DNA of 64,000 nucleotides from Histomonas meleagridis 2922-C6/04-290x (lineage: Eukaryota; Protista; Parabasalia): contig JAANOX010000085.1 in assembly GCA_020184695.1 (NCBI GenBank), positions 372,001-436,000 on the forward strand. The letters run 5' to 3'. Positions 10,789 through 21,606 of this stretch are shown here, piece by piece. The translations under genes and the position numbers were made by a program. Under the pieces are notes generated by a model, which ran no database searches, had not been told where the DNA came from, and saw only the letters and a program-made list of their open reading frames with translations. Position 1 is the first letter of the stretch; every line of letters starts with the position of its first letter.

Positions 10789-13140
10789 ATGTTCCTTGTA
10801 TTTCTATTTGCTTTAATTAAATCTGATACAGATACACTTAATATTACAAACATTCCAGAAATTTTTCAAAATAACTTTTCAGAATATAAGGACGTAATCA
10901 AATATATTTTTATTTCTGATGGTGTTTTTTCAATTGGTTTAAAAGCGTTTTATGACTGGAACCAATTACTAGAAGTTACCATTGGAAATTCAGTTACTTA
11001 CGTTGGCGAACGAGCGTTTGAATCTTGCGATAATTTAAAATCGATAATCATTGGTAAAAATGTTGAAACCCTTGATAACCATTCAATGTGTGAAAATCCA
11101 AGTCTAATAAGCATTATAATTCCTAATTCTGTTATAAAAATAGGTTATCAAACATTTCTTAGATGTAGTAAATTACAGACAGTAACTATTAGTGAGAGCC
11201 TTACAGATATACCAAGCAGTGCTTTTTCTTCTTGTTCACAACTTACAAAAATCGTCATTCCAAATTCTGTACAATCAATAAGAAACGGTGCATTTTCTTA
11301 TTGTACTCATTTAGCTGAAGTAACTATTGGAGAAAATGTTCAATTTCTTGGAAGTTATTCATTTTTTTCATGTAATGACCTCGTCAAAATCACAATTCCA
11401 GATTCAGTTACAACAATTGGAGAAAATTCATTTTTCGAGTGCACGAGCTTAACCACTGTTATTATGGGGAAAGGTGTTAAAAATATTCGCTTAAGTTCAT
11501 TTTCGAATTGTTATTCATTATCAAATATTCAAATTGGCGAAAATGCGGAAACAATTGAAAAACAAACATTTAGTGGATGTCTTGCGTTACAAAATATCAT
11601 GATTCCTGACTCAGTTACGACAATTGAAGATTCTGTATTTGAATATTGCACAAACTTAGAAACGATTACACTCAGCAAAAACTTATTAAAGTTGGGCCAA
11701 AAAGTCTTTTACAAGTGTAAAAATTTAAAAAATATTAATTTGCCAAATTATATTTCATTTATTGGAAATAATACTTTCGAAGAATGTACTTCTCTCGAAA
11801 CAATTTCGATTGGAGAAAGTGTAACAAAAATCGAAAACTTTGTATTTTTCGGATGTAAAAATTTGAAAAGCATTAAATTACCAAATTCATTAACAGCTAT
11901 TGGCGAATATGCATTTGCTTCATGTTATAATATAACGTCAATTGAAATGAGTGAAAACATTATTGATATTCATGAATATGCATTTATTCATTGTGAAAAA
12001 TTAACAAATTTAAGAATTCCAAAATTAATTTCTGTGATTAATGCCGGAATATTTTCATTTTGTTTTAGCTTGTCTTTCGTTGTAATTGAAGCCAATATTG
12101 ACGAAATTGGGAAATCAGTGTTTTACTCGTGTTCTTCATTGAAAAACTTCACAGTTCCGAATTCAGTTATCAAAATTGACTCGATGGCATTTTATTTGTG
12201 TACCAGCTTAGAAACTTTTGAATTTGGAAAAAACGTCGAAAGCATTGGAATTTTCACTTTTTGTAAGTGTTCAAAATTGACAACGATCACAATTGGAGAA
12301 CGTTTAACAACGATAGGAAGTTCACCTTTTCTTGACTGTATAAACTTACAAACCATTAATGTAGCATCGACAAATCCAAATTATTCCAATTATGAAAATG
12401 ATGGTGTCCTTTATAATAAAGATTTTACCGAAATAATTTCATATCCGATTGGCAATACAAGAACAAGTTATATATTTCCATCAAACATTATCAAGACATC
12501 ATCAAATTCATTTTCATTTTGTCCTTACATTAAAAACATAACATTTTCTAGTACATTATCTAATATTGGCGAACAATCATTTTATTCATGTACAGAAATT
12601 ACAAACATAACAATACCAAATGCAACAAAAACAATTGGAAACAATGCGTTTTATCATTGCAGAAGTATAATATCATTAATAATTGGATCGAATATTGAAA
12701 CAATTGGAAACATGGCATTTTATGGATGTAATTCTCTTCTTTGCATATATTATTATGGAGTTAATGAGCCGAAATTTGGTACAAATGTATTCGGTAACAT
12801 CTCCGAAAATTATGTGATATATGTAACAGAAAGTTATAATGGTAACAAATTTAATAATATGAACGTAAGTTTTGGATTTAATGAATGTAAAATCGATCCA
12901 AAAATTCCCCAAAATAATAACAAAAATTTGATTTTAATTGTTGTTGCTGTGGTCGCTGTGATAATTGTTGTGGTTATTGTCATTGTGTTAGTTGTGAAGA
13001 AATCAAATTGCGCGCATAATAACTTCGAGTTACTGACAACGGGTTTCGACGAGAAGTTTTTGCTGAACCAATTGTTTAAAGATGACGAATTTACTGAAAT
13101 GGCCGAACAACAAAAAGAAACAAACGACTACACAAAATGA
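10789..13140 (+). CDS. BspA-like (TpLRR) leucine-rich-repeat surface protein
   Basis: Signal peptide, many IPxSVxxIGxxAFxxCxxL repeats, TM helix LILIVVAVVAVIIVVVIVIVLVV, acidic cytosolic tail. Confidence 0.95.
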   Translation: MFLVFLFALIKSDTDTLNITNIPEIFQNNFSEYKDVIKYIFISDGVFSIGLKAFYDWNQLLEVTIGNSVTYVGERAFESCDNLKSIIIGKNVETLDNHSMCENPSLISIIIPNSVIKIGYQTFLRCSKLQTVTISESLTDIPSSAFSSCSQLTKIVIPNSVQSIRNGAFSYCTHLAEVTIGENVQFLGSYSFFSCNDLVKITIPDSVTTIGENSFFECTSLTTVIMGKGVKNIRLSSFSNCYSLSNIQIGENAETIEKQTFSGCLALQNIMIPDSVTTIEDSVFEYCTNLETITLSKNLLKLGQKVFYKCKNLKNINLPNYISFIGNNTFEECTSLETISIGESVTKIENFVFFGCKNLKSIKLPNSLTAIGEYAFASCYNITSIEMSENIIDIHEYAFIHCEKLTNLRIPKLISVINAGIFSFCFSLSFVVIEANIDEIGKSVFYSCSSLKNFTVPNSVIKIDSMAFYLCTSLETFEFGKNVESIGIFTFCKCSKLTTITIGERLTTIGSSPFLDCINLQTINVASTNPNYSNYENDGVLYNKDFTEIISYPIGNTRTSYIFPSNIIKTSSNSFSFCPYIKNITFSSTLSNIGEQSFYSCTEITNITIPNATKTIGNNAFYHCRSIISLIIGSNIETIGNMAFYGCNSLLCIYYYGVNEPKFGTNVFGNISENYVIYVTESYNGNKFNNMNVSFGFNECKIDPKIPQNNNKNLILIVVAVVAVIIVVVIVIVLVVKKSNCAHNNFELLTTGFDEKFLLNQLFKDDEFTEMAEQQKETNDYTK

Positions 13141-13527
13141 AAATGAGAAGAAATAACTTTGTAAAATGTTCTGAAATAACTTTTTATTTTTTTATTAAAT
13201 AAAATTGTAAAAATATTTCATTTATGAGCAAATCTTTTCTTAGTGATATTTGACACATAATGCATTATATAAGTAATGTGAAATTGGAAAAAAATCGCTT
13301 TGATAAGTTTCACCATGGTATTTTGTTGCTAGATCTTTCCATTTTCACCAATTTTTCTTTGGGGTGTAACACCAAAAGCAATCAATATAAATTTATTTAT
13401 GAAATTCATATTGATTTTAAATTTTTATAGGAAATTCTAAGTTATTTAACTATAAGAACTTTTGCTAAATCATTCGACAAAACAACTTTAATAATAAATT
13501 GATCGCAAAAATTTCAAAAATTTGATT

Positions 13528-15621
13528 TTATTCATCAAATTTGATTCCACTTCTTTCCAAAAACGCCTTTTGCTCTGGGTCTCTTCCCATGAAATCTCTA
13601 TACAGCTCTTCTGGCGGCTTTGTGTTACCCATCTCCAGTATTTTCCTTCTGAACTCCATTCCCACCTTCTGGCTGAGGATTCCCTCTTTCTTGAATCGGG
13701 AGAACGCGTCTGCGTCCAACACCTCCGCCCACAGATAGCTATAGTAACCTGACGCGTAACCAGTTGCGCTTGCGAACAAATGGTCGAATGCGTATAGTAC
13801 AGAATTCTCTTTTATTGATGACGGATATCGATAATTTTTAAGTATCAAATCATCGATTTCATTTATGTTCAAATTTTTATATTTATTATAATTACTATGA
13901 ATTTCCAAATCGATTTTACCGAATGATAATTGGCGCATATAAAACGTCGCTTTGTTATAGTTTCGCGCTTTTATCATTTTCTCGTATAAATCGTTTGGTA
14001 TATTTTCGTTGTTAATTAAATCTTTCGCAAATATATCTAACGCAGTTCTTTCCCACGTCCAATTCTCTAATATTTGCGATGGTAACTCCACGAAATCCCA
14101 TGAAACATTTGTCCCGAATAATAAGTTATATTTAGAACGTGATGAAACATGATGACATAAATGTCCGAATTCATGAAATATCGTTTCGACTTCTTCATGA
14201 TTTAATTGCGCCGCTTTTCCTGATATCGGCTTTTGTAAGTTTCCGGCAATAACGCCAATGATAATCGGATTATCTTTTGTGCCATTACTTAATGGATGTG
14301 TCCAACCTCCTTCTTTTTTGTTTTCGCGTGGATATAAATCGCTATAAAATGATGCAATGTGTTGATTAGTTTCCTTATCATATATATCAAAGTATTGGAT
14401 ATCGTTGTCCCAAACTTCAACGCTTTCATTACTTTGTGGTTCTTCGCCATTAATTTTACAATATGTCGGTCGTTCAACAACATTAAATCCATATAAATTA
14501 GAGATAATATCAAATAAACCCTTAAGGACAGACTCAACATTGAAATATGGTCTTAATAATTCTTCATCAAAGTCATATAACTCTTTGCGTTGCTTTTCAA
14601 TGTAATATAATCGTTCCCATGGAAATATTTCGGTTTCTTTGATGCCTGTTTTGGATGACTTATATTGAACTAATCGCTCGAATTCTTTCATAAATGGGTT
14701 ATAGATCTTGTCATGTAATTCATCAACAAATTTCATTGCGTTTTCTTTTGTTTTGGCCATACGACGTGAAAGTGTCAATTCGGAAAATGAATTGTAACCA
14801 AGAATTTTTGCTTTCTCATCACGAAGTTTAAGTATCGTAAATATGTTTTCAGTGTTATCATATTGACCTTCAGTGCCAATTTTGTCATATGCTTCCCACA
14901 TTGTCTTCCGGAATTGTTCGTTATTGGCATGTTGTAAGACGGGAATTAATGATGGAGATTGCAATGTAAAGCGATATTGACCTGGTTTACCTTTAGATTC
15001 GGCACTTTCTTTGGCTTGTTGAATTGATGATTCAGGTAAACCATCAAGTTCTTTTGGATCAGTGACATAATATTCGAAGGCATTTGTGGAGTCTAATACA
15101 TTTTGGACATAATTCGTATTTGCATTGGCAATTTCTTTACTTATCTCTGTAATGCGTGCTTTCTGTTCTGGTGAAAGATTAGCACCATTATGTACAAAAT
15201 CAAGACAAATTTCATCGATTAAACGTTTTTGGGAATAATCTAATGATGTGTTTTGAAGAAGTGATTTGGCTTTTTGGAGAATTTGCCATAACTTCTCATT
15301 AATATAAACTTTCGTGGCAAATTCTAGTACAAGTGGACGTAGCTTTTTATATTTTTTCCTTTGTTCTGGATTATCATGACATGAATTTAAGTTTGAAAAT
15401 CTTTCCCAAGCAATGTTAAGCAACTCATCATACTTGTCAAATGCTTCAAATGTTGATTCAAAAGTAATTTGATCTTCTGTTAAAGATGTAATTTTTTCAA
15501 TATTTTCTTCAGCAATCTTAATTGCTAAATTGATTTCATCTTCAACAATGTCAGGAGTCATCTTTGACCATTGAATAGGGAATTTTGGATTTAAAAAAGG
15601 ATGATTTTCTAGGGATTCCAT
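13528..15621 (-). CDS. Oligopeptidase A-like metallopeptidase (M3A)
   Basis: HEFGH, WDFVELPSQILENW, GYASGYYSYLWAEVLDADAF. ATG at 15621 with a TCACT Inr just upstream. Confidence 0.92.
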   Translation of the reverse strand: MESLENHPFLNPKFPIQWSKMTPDIVEDEINLAIKIAEENIEKITSLTEDQITFESTFEAFDKYDELLNIAWERFSNLNSCHDNPEQRKKYKKLRPLVLEFATKVYINEKLWQILQKAKSLLQNTSLDYSQKRLIDEICLDFVHNGANLSPEQKARITEISKEIANANTNYVQNVLDSTNAFEYYVTDPKELDGLPESSIQQAKESAESKGKPGQYRFTLQSPSLIPVLQHANNEQFRKTMWEAYDKIGTEGQYDNTENIFTILKLRDEKAKILGYNSFSELTLSRRMAKTKENAMKFVDELHDKIYNPFMKEFERLVQYKSSKTGIKETEIFPWERLYYIEKQRKELYDFDEELLRPYFNVESVLKGLFDIISNLYGFNVVERPTYCKINGEEPQSNESVEVWDNDIQYFDIYDKETNQHIASFYSDLYPRENKKEGGWTHPLSNGTKDNPIIIGVIAGNLQKPISGKAAQLNHEEVETIFHEFGHLCHHVSSRSKYNLLFGTNVSWDFVELPSQILENWTWERTALDIFAKDLINNENIPNDLYEKMIKARNYNKATFYMRQLSFGKIDLEIHSNYNKYKNLNINEIDDLILKNYRYPSSIKENSVLYAFDHLFASATGYASGYYSYLWAEVLDADAFSRFKKEGILSQKVGMEFRRKILEMGNTKPPEELYRDFMGRDPEQKAFLERSGIKFDE

Positions 15622-15810
15622 TGCCAAAAAAGTGACTATTTTACCATTTTTTGTAAAGCAAACAAATGTTATGGGAATTCAAAAAGTGAGTTATACGTTT
15701 TTGTCAAACATAGTTACTCAAAAATTGTTTAAGTTGCTGTTAAATTTAACGGTTGTATTGAAAATATGTCGACCCAAGATTCAAACCTTTTTTAATTCAA
15801 AATTCAATTA

Positions 15811-15818
15811 AAAGTGAC
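15811..15818 (+). promoter_or_regulatory. AAAGTGAC core promoter motif (T. vaginalis M2-like)
   Basis: 9 nt upstream of the ATG at 15828; also upstream of minus-strand genes at 20477-20484 and 19316-19323, and near 62592. Confidence 0.55.
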
Positions 15819-15827
15819 AGGGCGAAA

Positions 15828-17057
15828 ATGATGAATACTTTAAGAACCAAGTTTTCGGAAGAAGATATCGATAACGCAAAGAAATATAAATACAATGGAA
15901 AAGATAATAGTATTTTTGTTAAGTTATTTTTGCGTTCTTTTTGGGATTGGTGTATTCAATATGTTCCAAAAAACATTGCTCCTAACTTAATCACATTCAC
16001 AGGATTTCTCATCGAGTTCTTTACTTTTTGGGTTTCTCTTTTTTCTTCTAATTTCCTTGCTCAAGAAATCCCAAGATGGTTATGTTTTTTAAATGGAATT
16101 TCTTTGTTTGTCTACCAAACATTGGATAATCTAGATGGACGTCAAGCTAGAAGAACAAACTCTTCTTCACCTCTTGGTCAATTTTTTGATCATGGTTGTG
16201 ATGCAATTACAGGAGTTTCTGAATTAATCAAAGTTGTTGCAACACTTAACCTCGGACAAACATATGTTTCCTTTAATTTTGTATTTTTAATGTCAATTGG
16301 CTTTTATTTTACATCAGTTGAAGAATATGTTTTACATGAATTTAATCTTGGCTTTATTAATGGTCCAGATGAAGGTCTTTTAATACTTGCTTTCGTCCAT
16401 GTATTTGTAGGCATATTTCCATCATCTAAGAAATTATTTAATAATGTATTTTCATATCTTATCTACACTGCAGGTGTTATTTGGATTCTCTCATCAATTT
16501 TCATCAATATCTTTAAGAAGTATAATGGGGAAAAAGACAAATTAATGCGATTTTTAGGAGCTACAGGATATGTCATGATTTCCATTGTTATTTTCCTAAC
16601 TTTCGGGTACGGAATTGACATTTGTGCCAAGAATCCTTTCTTTATTATGGCTTCGTCCCTTGTTTTGCAATTCCAATCTCAAAATATCATATTGGCATTC
16701 TTGACAAAAAGGCCGCCAGTGAAACTTTTCACACCTTCTACAATCACAGTATGGTCCTTAGCGTTAGTTGTGTTCATATTTGTGTATTTGTCGGGCGTTT
16801 TGAATTATTGGGCACTTTACTTCACACTCGTTCTTTGCATCATTATATTGTTCGATGTTGACGTCTGTCTCGGACTAAGTATAGGTTTGGACATTCCAGT
16901 GTTCACATTGAAGGCACAGGAAGAAGAAGAAAAAATCGATTTCGAAATATTCGATAATAATGAAATGGAAGAAGATGAAGAAAACCCAGAAGAGCCGAAA
17001 GAAAATGTGGAAGAAACGAAAGAAATACCTTTGAATGTTTTTAAAGATGGTGAATAA
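15828..17057 (+). CDS. Choline/ethanolamine phosphotransferase (CDP-alcohol phosphatidyltransferase)
   Basis: APNLIT, DNLDGRQARRT.SSSPLGQFFDHGCD; multiple TM helices. Confidence 0.95.
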   Translation: MMNTLRTKFSEEDIDNAKKYKYNGKDNSIFVKLFLRSFWDWCIQYVPKNIAPNLITFTGFLIEFFTFWVSLFSSNFLAQEIPRWLCFLNGISLFVYQTLDNLDGRQARRTNSSSPLGQFFDHGCDAITGVSELIKVVATLNLGQTYVSFNFVFLMSIGFYFTSVEEYVLHEFNLGFINGPDEGLLILAFVHVFVGIFPSSKKLFNNVFSYLIYTAGVIWILSSIFINIFKKYNGEKDKLMRFLGATGYVMISIVIFLTFGYGIDICAKNPFFIMASSLVLQFQSQNIILAFLTKRPPVKLFTPSTITVWSLALVVFIFVYLSGVLNYWALYFTLVLCIIILFDVDVCLGLSIGLDIPVFTLKAQEEEEKIDFEIFDNNEMEEDEENPEEPKENVEETKEIPLNVFKDGE

Positions 17058-17354
17058 AACTCTCTCTAAATTTTAATTTATGTTATGGCATATAAATAAA
17101 TATGGAGAAGAATATTCAAAAGCTTTGCCAAGGAGATGAGCAAAGGAACTTTTACTATTAACAAATAAATTCCAGTTTCATTTGAACGAACGTTAATTTT
17201 TATGTGTTGAAAAAGTTCGAATTTCCACTTGAGTCAAATATTAACTTCTAATTATTTTAAGTTGTTGTCTTTTACTGTGCTCATTTTGATAATAATAAAA
17301 TCAACAAAAATGCTATTTACTTCTATTATTCAACGGAGTATCTGTTACAACAAT

Positions 17355-19307
17355 TTATTCAAAGAAGCTGAAGTAAGTTTCGCTTTCGTTCATTACGCTT
17401 CTTTGCTGAAACAGCGGCCTCACTATCATTCTTTCTTCTCGAGCAAAGAATTTTTCAATTATTGTTCCCAATTGAGTATTTTTCTTTGAAGCTTTTTCGA
17501 TTTCGTCCAGTTCCCTTTGCCTTCTGTTACTTTCCTCATCAGCTTTGTCCTGTCGTATGTATGTAGTTATCTTTGGCATTTCTTGTGGCTGTTGAACTCG
17601 ATCAAATTTACGATATGGAATTCTTGGTCTATCTTCCATCTTATTCCTTGGCACACACCATTGCTTCAAACATCGATTTGCTATATCATCTTGATCAAGC
17701 GGTTCAATCTTTTCATCACTTGCATAAATGATAAACTCATCAACGCCATCCGTTTGCTTCAACACTAAGTCCTCGTTAGACTTAGTCATATAATCTGCAA
17801 AATATTTTGGTATTTTAGAAATTGGAAATATGGCCATTATATCTTCATTATTACCTGGCGTTGATTCTAACTTTTGAAACAAGTCATTAGTGTATGAAAG
17901 TAACCTAATAACAGAGTTTGGTTGTGATTCCCTTAAACCAAGAAACACAACATAACGTTCACTATTAGCTGGTCTTGAAGTGTATGGCTTGACGATACAA
18001 AACCGTTCAAAACATTGTGCAACGACGTAAAGTAGTGAAACACTGAAGTCTGTAAAGCAGTCAAAAACTTTGCATACAAAATTTCCACCTTTTCTGAGTA
18101 TCAAAAGTGCGCAAAGGAATTGACAAAGAACTAATCGTTTCAATAACATTTCTTGATCATTTTCTTGACCATCAACAGCTATACCACCATCACCTGTAAC
18201 CAAACTAACCATTTCACCATTAGTTTGTTTACCTATTTCTTCTTGAAAAGAAATTAGATTTGAAGGTTTAAAGATATTCCCATCACCTTCTTCACCATAA
18301 CAACGAACGAAACTTGAAACGTCAGAACAAAAACGTGCATTAGAAGCCCAATCATGATCACCAGCAAGAGTCATTCCAAATCCTCGAGCTCGATCTTGTA
18401 ATCTCCAATAAAGATAATCAGTAAAACCACCAGGGCCAGCACAAATATCGGCGAAGTAGAAAAGTTTATCTTCTGGAACATCAGTATTTGACGGTTTGTT
18501 AAAACATTCTTGACCTGTTAAGTTAAAAAGCTCATCAATGTTGGCCATCTTAACTGCGGCACGGTTCATGAAAATAGCTTTGCCAATCTTCTCATAAGGG
18601 TTTGCTTTTCTTCTTGCTTGCTCGAAGACGACTTCACTGATTGACTGAAAAAGTTCCTTCTTTTTGAATAGAGTTTGAATGAGTTTTTGGTCGCAAAAAT
18701 TGGAGTGCCCCAAATCGGTTCTAGCTTCGCCTGTGGTGATGTTGTCAAGTGTGATGTCTTCTGTGTTAGCTGGTTCACATGGAATTATGTCGGGTGTTTG
18801 TTCATGTGGTACAAATCGTGGTCTTCTCTTGATTTCTGGTGTGAGTTTTTTGAGTTCATCTGATAAAACATAGGCGATACCAGAACCATCTGCAATGTCT
18901 TTCGGTATTTCGTAAATATCTTGTTGTGCCATAAACTCTGGGTTCTCTCTCCCTCCAAGATTCATCAAAATTTGTATGCCAATTGAGAACTTTGGTCTTA
19001 CGTACGATGGCTCTCTGGAGCAACTGTTCTTCATTTCTTCGAGCTTTTGATACGTTAACCAATATTCTTTTGTGGGATATTCGTTATGATATGGTGAAAC
19101 TAAAGGAGTACTTACGTAAAAAGGATCTTCATCTGAGTACAATTTGAATGGAATTGTTTTCGGGTTTTTCCTAAATTTTGTAAGATATAATGAATATTCT
19201 TTCCAATATGCTTCGCACGGCATTTCATTTGAGTACGGTGATTCTATTGGTGTTTCCGCGTAATCAGGATCGTTTTCGCTGTAAAGATCGAAAGGAAACC
19301 TAAGCAA
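17355..19307 (-). CDS. Cap-specific mRNA 2'-O-methyltransferase (CMTR1-like, FtsJ/RrmJ fold)
   Basis: ANPYEKIGKAIFMNRAAVKMANID, FADICAGPGGF, VTGDGG, GGNFVCKVFD, KPYTSRPANSERY. Start codon uncertain (TTG). Confidence 0.9.
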   Translation of the reverse strand: MLRFPFDLYSENDPDYAETPIESPYSNEMPCEAYWKEYSLYLTKFRKNPKTIPFKLYSDEDPFYVSTPLVSPYHNEYPTKEYWLTYQKLEEMKNSCSREPSYVRPKFSIGIQILMNLGGRENPEFMAQQDIYEIPKDIADGSGIAYVLSDELKKLTPEIKRRPRFVPHEQTPDIIPCEPANTEDITLDNITTGEARTDLGHSNFCDQKLIQTLFKKKELFQSISEVVFEQARRKANPYEKIGKAIFMNRAAVKMANIDELFNLTGQECFNKPSNTDVPEDKLFYFADICAGPGGFTDYLYWRLQDRARGFGMTLAGDHDWASNARFCSDVSSFVRCYGEEGDGNIFKPSNLISFQEEIGKQTNGEMVSLVTGDGGIAVDGQENDQEMLLKRLVLCQFLCALLILRKGGNFVCKVFDCFTDFSVSLLYVVAQCFERFCIVKPYTSRPANSERYVVFLGLRESQPNSVIRLLSYTNDLFQKLESTPGNNEDIMAIFPISKIPKYFADYMTKSNEDLVLKQTDGVDEFIIYASDEKIEPLDQDDIANRCLKQWCVPRNKMEDRPRIPYRKFDRVQQPQEMPKITTYIRQDKADEESNRRQRELDEIEKASKKNTQLGTIIEKFFAREERMIVRPLFQQRSVMNESETYFSFFE

Positions 19308-19535
19308 TTTTAATTGTCACTTTTCTAAATCAATTTTAACTTTTTCTTCTTCAAAAACAAATTTTAACGAAAGATTTTTAGTAAAAAAAATGCACTTAAA
19401 CATTAGATGATTGCCTAAAGTCACAAATGTCATTTATATATTAAATTATTTTAATTGTTAATTTTGATGAATTCTCATCCAAAAAGGAATAAGAAGTCGA
19501 ATGTTTAAGATTTCAAAAACCAAAAACTTATTTCG

Positions 19536-20468
19536 TTATTTGAACAAGGCTGCGATCTTTGGATCGACTCCATCCTTGTCTAAGTTCTTTGATGAGTACT
19601 TAATCGCGTTGATGAGTTGGTTCTGCTTTGGTTCGAAGGATACAAGGAGTTCCATTGCCTCTCTGACGTGGAATTTCTGCTTTGTAGTGAATGAACCATT
19701 TGGTGACAAATGATCATAAATTAATGTCGCGCCAACAATACATCTCAAACAGAGCTTGTTGGGTTGTTCATCCGGGAATCTGTGGTTTTTGAGGATGTTT
19801 GTGCAGACATCGCTGACACAACCAAGTACATCTAATATCTTTGCATGAGCTTCGGATGTTGGTGAATAGTTAGCCTGAAGTGTGCTAATGACATCAGAAA
19901 GCATTGGAGTTGGAGCAGCCCAAAAAACAGTGGATGTATTTGAATCATTAATTATCTCATCCAAATCACCTTGGTTACGAGGTGCTGCATTTCGCCTAAA
20001 GAATGCAAGGTCATTAAGAAGTTTAGGTAGGCGAAGCTTAATTTCATCAAATGTAAGTATAATGTCAAAACAGTTGACAAAACATTTGATAGCAATTGGC
20101 ATATCAACAAATACGTCAATAGTTTTATCATGGGCTAAATTGGTAACGGTTTCTAGAAGTTCAGCAAACTTCTTAGATACAGTTTTAGCAAACTTGAACA
20201 TCTCCATTTGTAATTGAATATTAGGAAATATAGCTTGCCAAGCGGCTTCCTTAGTTTCTGGAGATGGATTATTAAGTGATTCTGCTGCAAGCTGCTGTCC
20301 ATCTTGATAAGCTGAAAAACGTTGGAATTTTTCTTGAGCAGGATTAAATATCGTATTTTGAAAATCAGTGTACAATTGTTTCTCGCTCTCGGTTTTAGGT
20401 TCCGCATTCACTATGTCAACATAGAGTTCTGGAAGCGACCTTTTGCTTGAACTGAACAAGCCACCCAT
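19536..20468 (-). CDS. FAM49/CYRI (DUF1394) family protein
   Basis: Myristoylation-type MGGLFS; FDEIKLRLPKLLNDLAFFRR; CLRCIVGATLIYDHLSPNGSF; LINAIKYSSKNL. Confidence 0.85.
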   Translation of the reverse strand: MGGLFSSSKRSLPELYVDIVNAEPKTESEKQLYTDFQNTIFNPAQEKFQRFSAYQDGQQLAAESLNNPSPETKEAAWQAIFPNIQLQMEMFKFAKTVSKKFAELLETVTNLAHDKTIDVFVDMPIAIKCFVNCFDIILTFDEIKLRLPKLLNDLAFFRRNAAPRNQGDLDEIINDSNTSTVFWAAPTPMLSDVISTLQANYSPTSEAHAKILDVLGCVSDVCTNILKNHRFPDEQPNKLCLRCIVGATLIYDHLSPNGSFTTKQKFHVREAMELLVSFEPKQNQLINAIKYSSKNLDKDGVDPKIAALFK

Positions 20469-21606
20469 TTCTCAATGTCACTTTTGGCCTTTCAAAAAGC
20501 AAAAAAATTGAATGAGCTGTCCCTCGCATCAAAATCCCTTATCGTATTAACCACTCAATCCAATTTTTGTTGTAATTTCGGCTAGTTTATGGTTAAAAAG
20601 TGACATAAAATGTGAGGCTGGTAGATTTACCGATGGAAAATTCAATGATTGAAAAATCGTTTTAAACAGAAAAAACGTATTATCGTCACACAGAAATTCT
20701 ATCGTATTCATCAAGAAAGAAAGTTTCCATAAGAAAAGTTTCACAATAAGTATTTTATATAATATTCAAAAACTAAATATATGTTTCTGGTAATGAAAAG
20801 GTAAATGGTAAACATTAAGCAAAAACTACATTTTATGAAAATATTGTTTGATAGGGGAATAAGAATTAAATTAGACAAATGTTATTGATGGAATTAAGAA
20901 ATAAGCATTATCGACATAGAATATCTATGTGGACTCCAAAAACCATCTAAACTAACGCATATAATTCAACTTTATTACATACAAGTGGAAAAAGCATATA
21001 TTTTAAAAAGCAATGTAATGTAAGTTTTTCACTGTGCCTCTTACATATATATTAATGAAAACACCATTTAGAGATATTTAAAATGCAAATGACATACCAT
21101 TTTCAAATGTAGAAACAATGAATTTGACAGACCCATGTTATTCATAACTGTTACAAAATATATCCATATTTAAAATGAATTTATTTTTGTATGAAAGGAT
21201 ATGCAAAATCTTTTTTTTAAATAATAAATTTATTGGCATTTTATTTGCATGAATATGGAATAAAAAGCTAATGATGTGCCAAATGGATACGCATAAAATA
21301 AATAATATCTAATGATATTACATTTTTAAAAGAGTAAGTGTTTTAAGAGGAAAAAATTTATACTCTTTATTACTTATTTTAACTCATTGCAAAAGAATAG
21401 ATTCAAATAACTAATGAATAATGAACTTCAATATAGACTTAATTATTAAATAAATTAAAAATAATTATACCAAAGATTAAAAATTAATAAATATTAAACA
21501 AACGAACATTAATATTAAACAATTTCATCTTTTACTAAAGGATCTAAATTCTCATTTAAAAATAAAAAATTAAATAAAAAAAAATTTAATTATAACACAA
21601 ACAGTC

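Noticed and set aside
18761-18770. CTAACACAG resembling the trichomonad intron 3' motif
   Set aside because: Incomplete match inside an uninterrupted ORF (encodes PANTE); no matching 5' site needed.
20550-21300. Apparent decayed reading frame in intergenic DNA
   Set aside because: Stop density is about what AT-rich random sequence gives; no recognisable motif.
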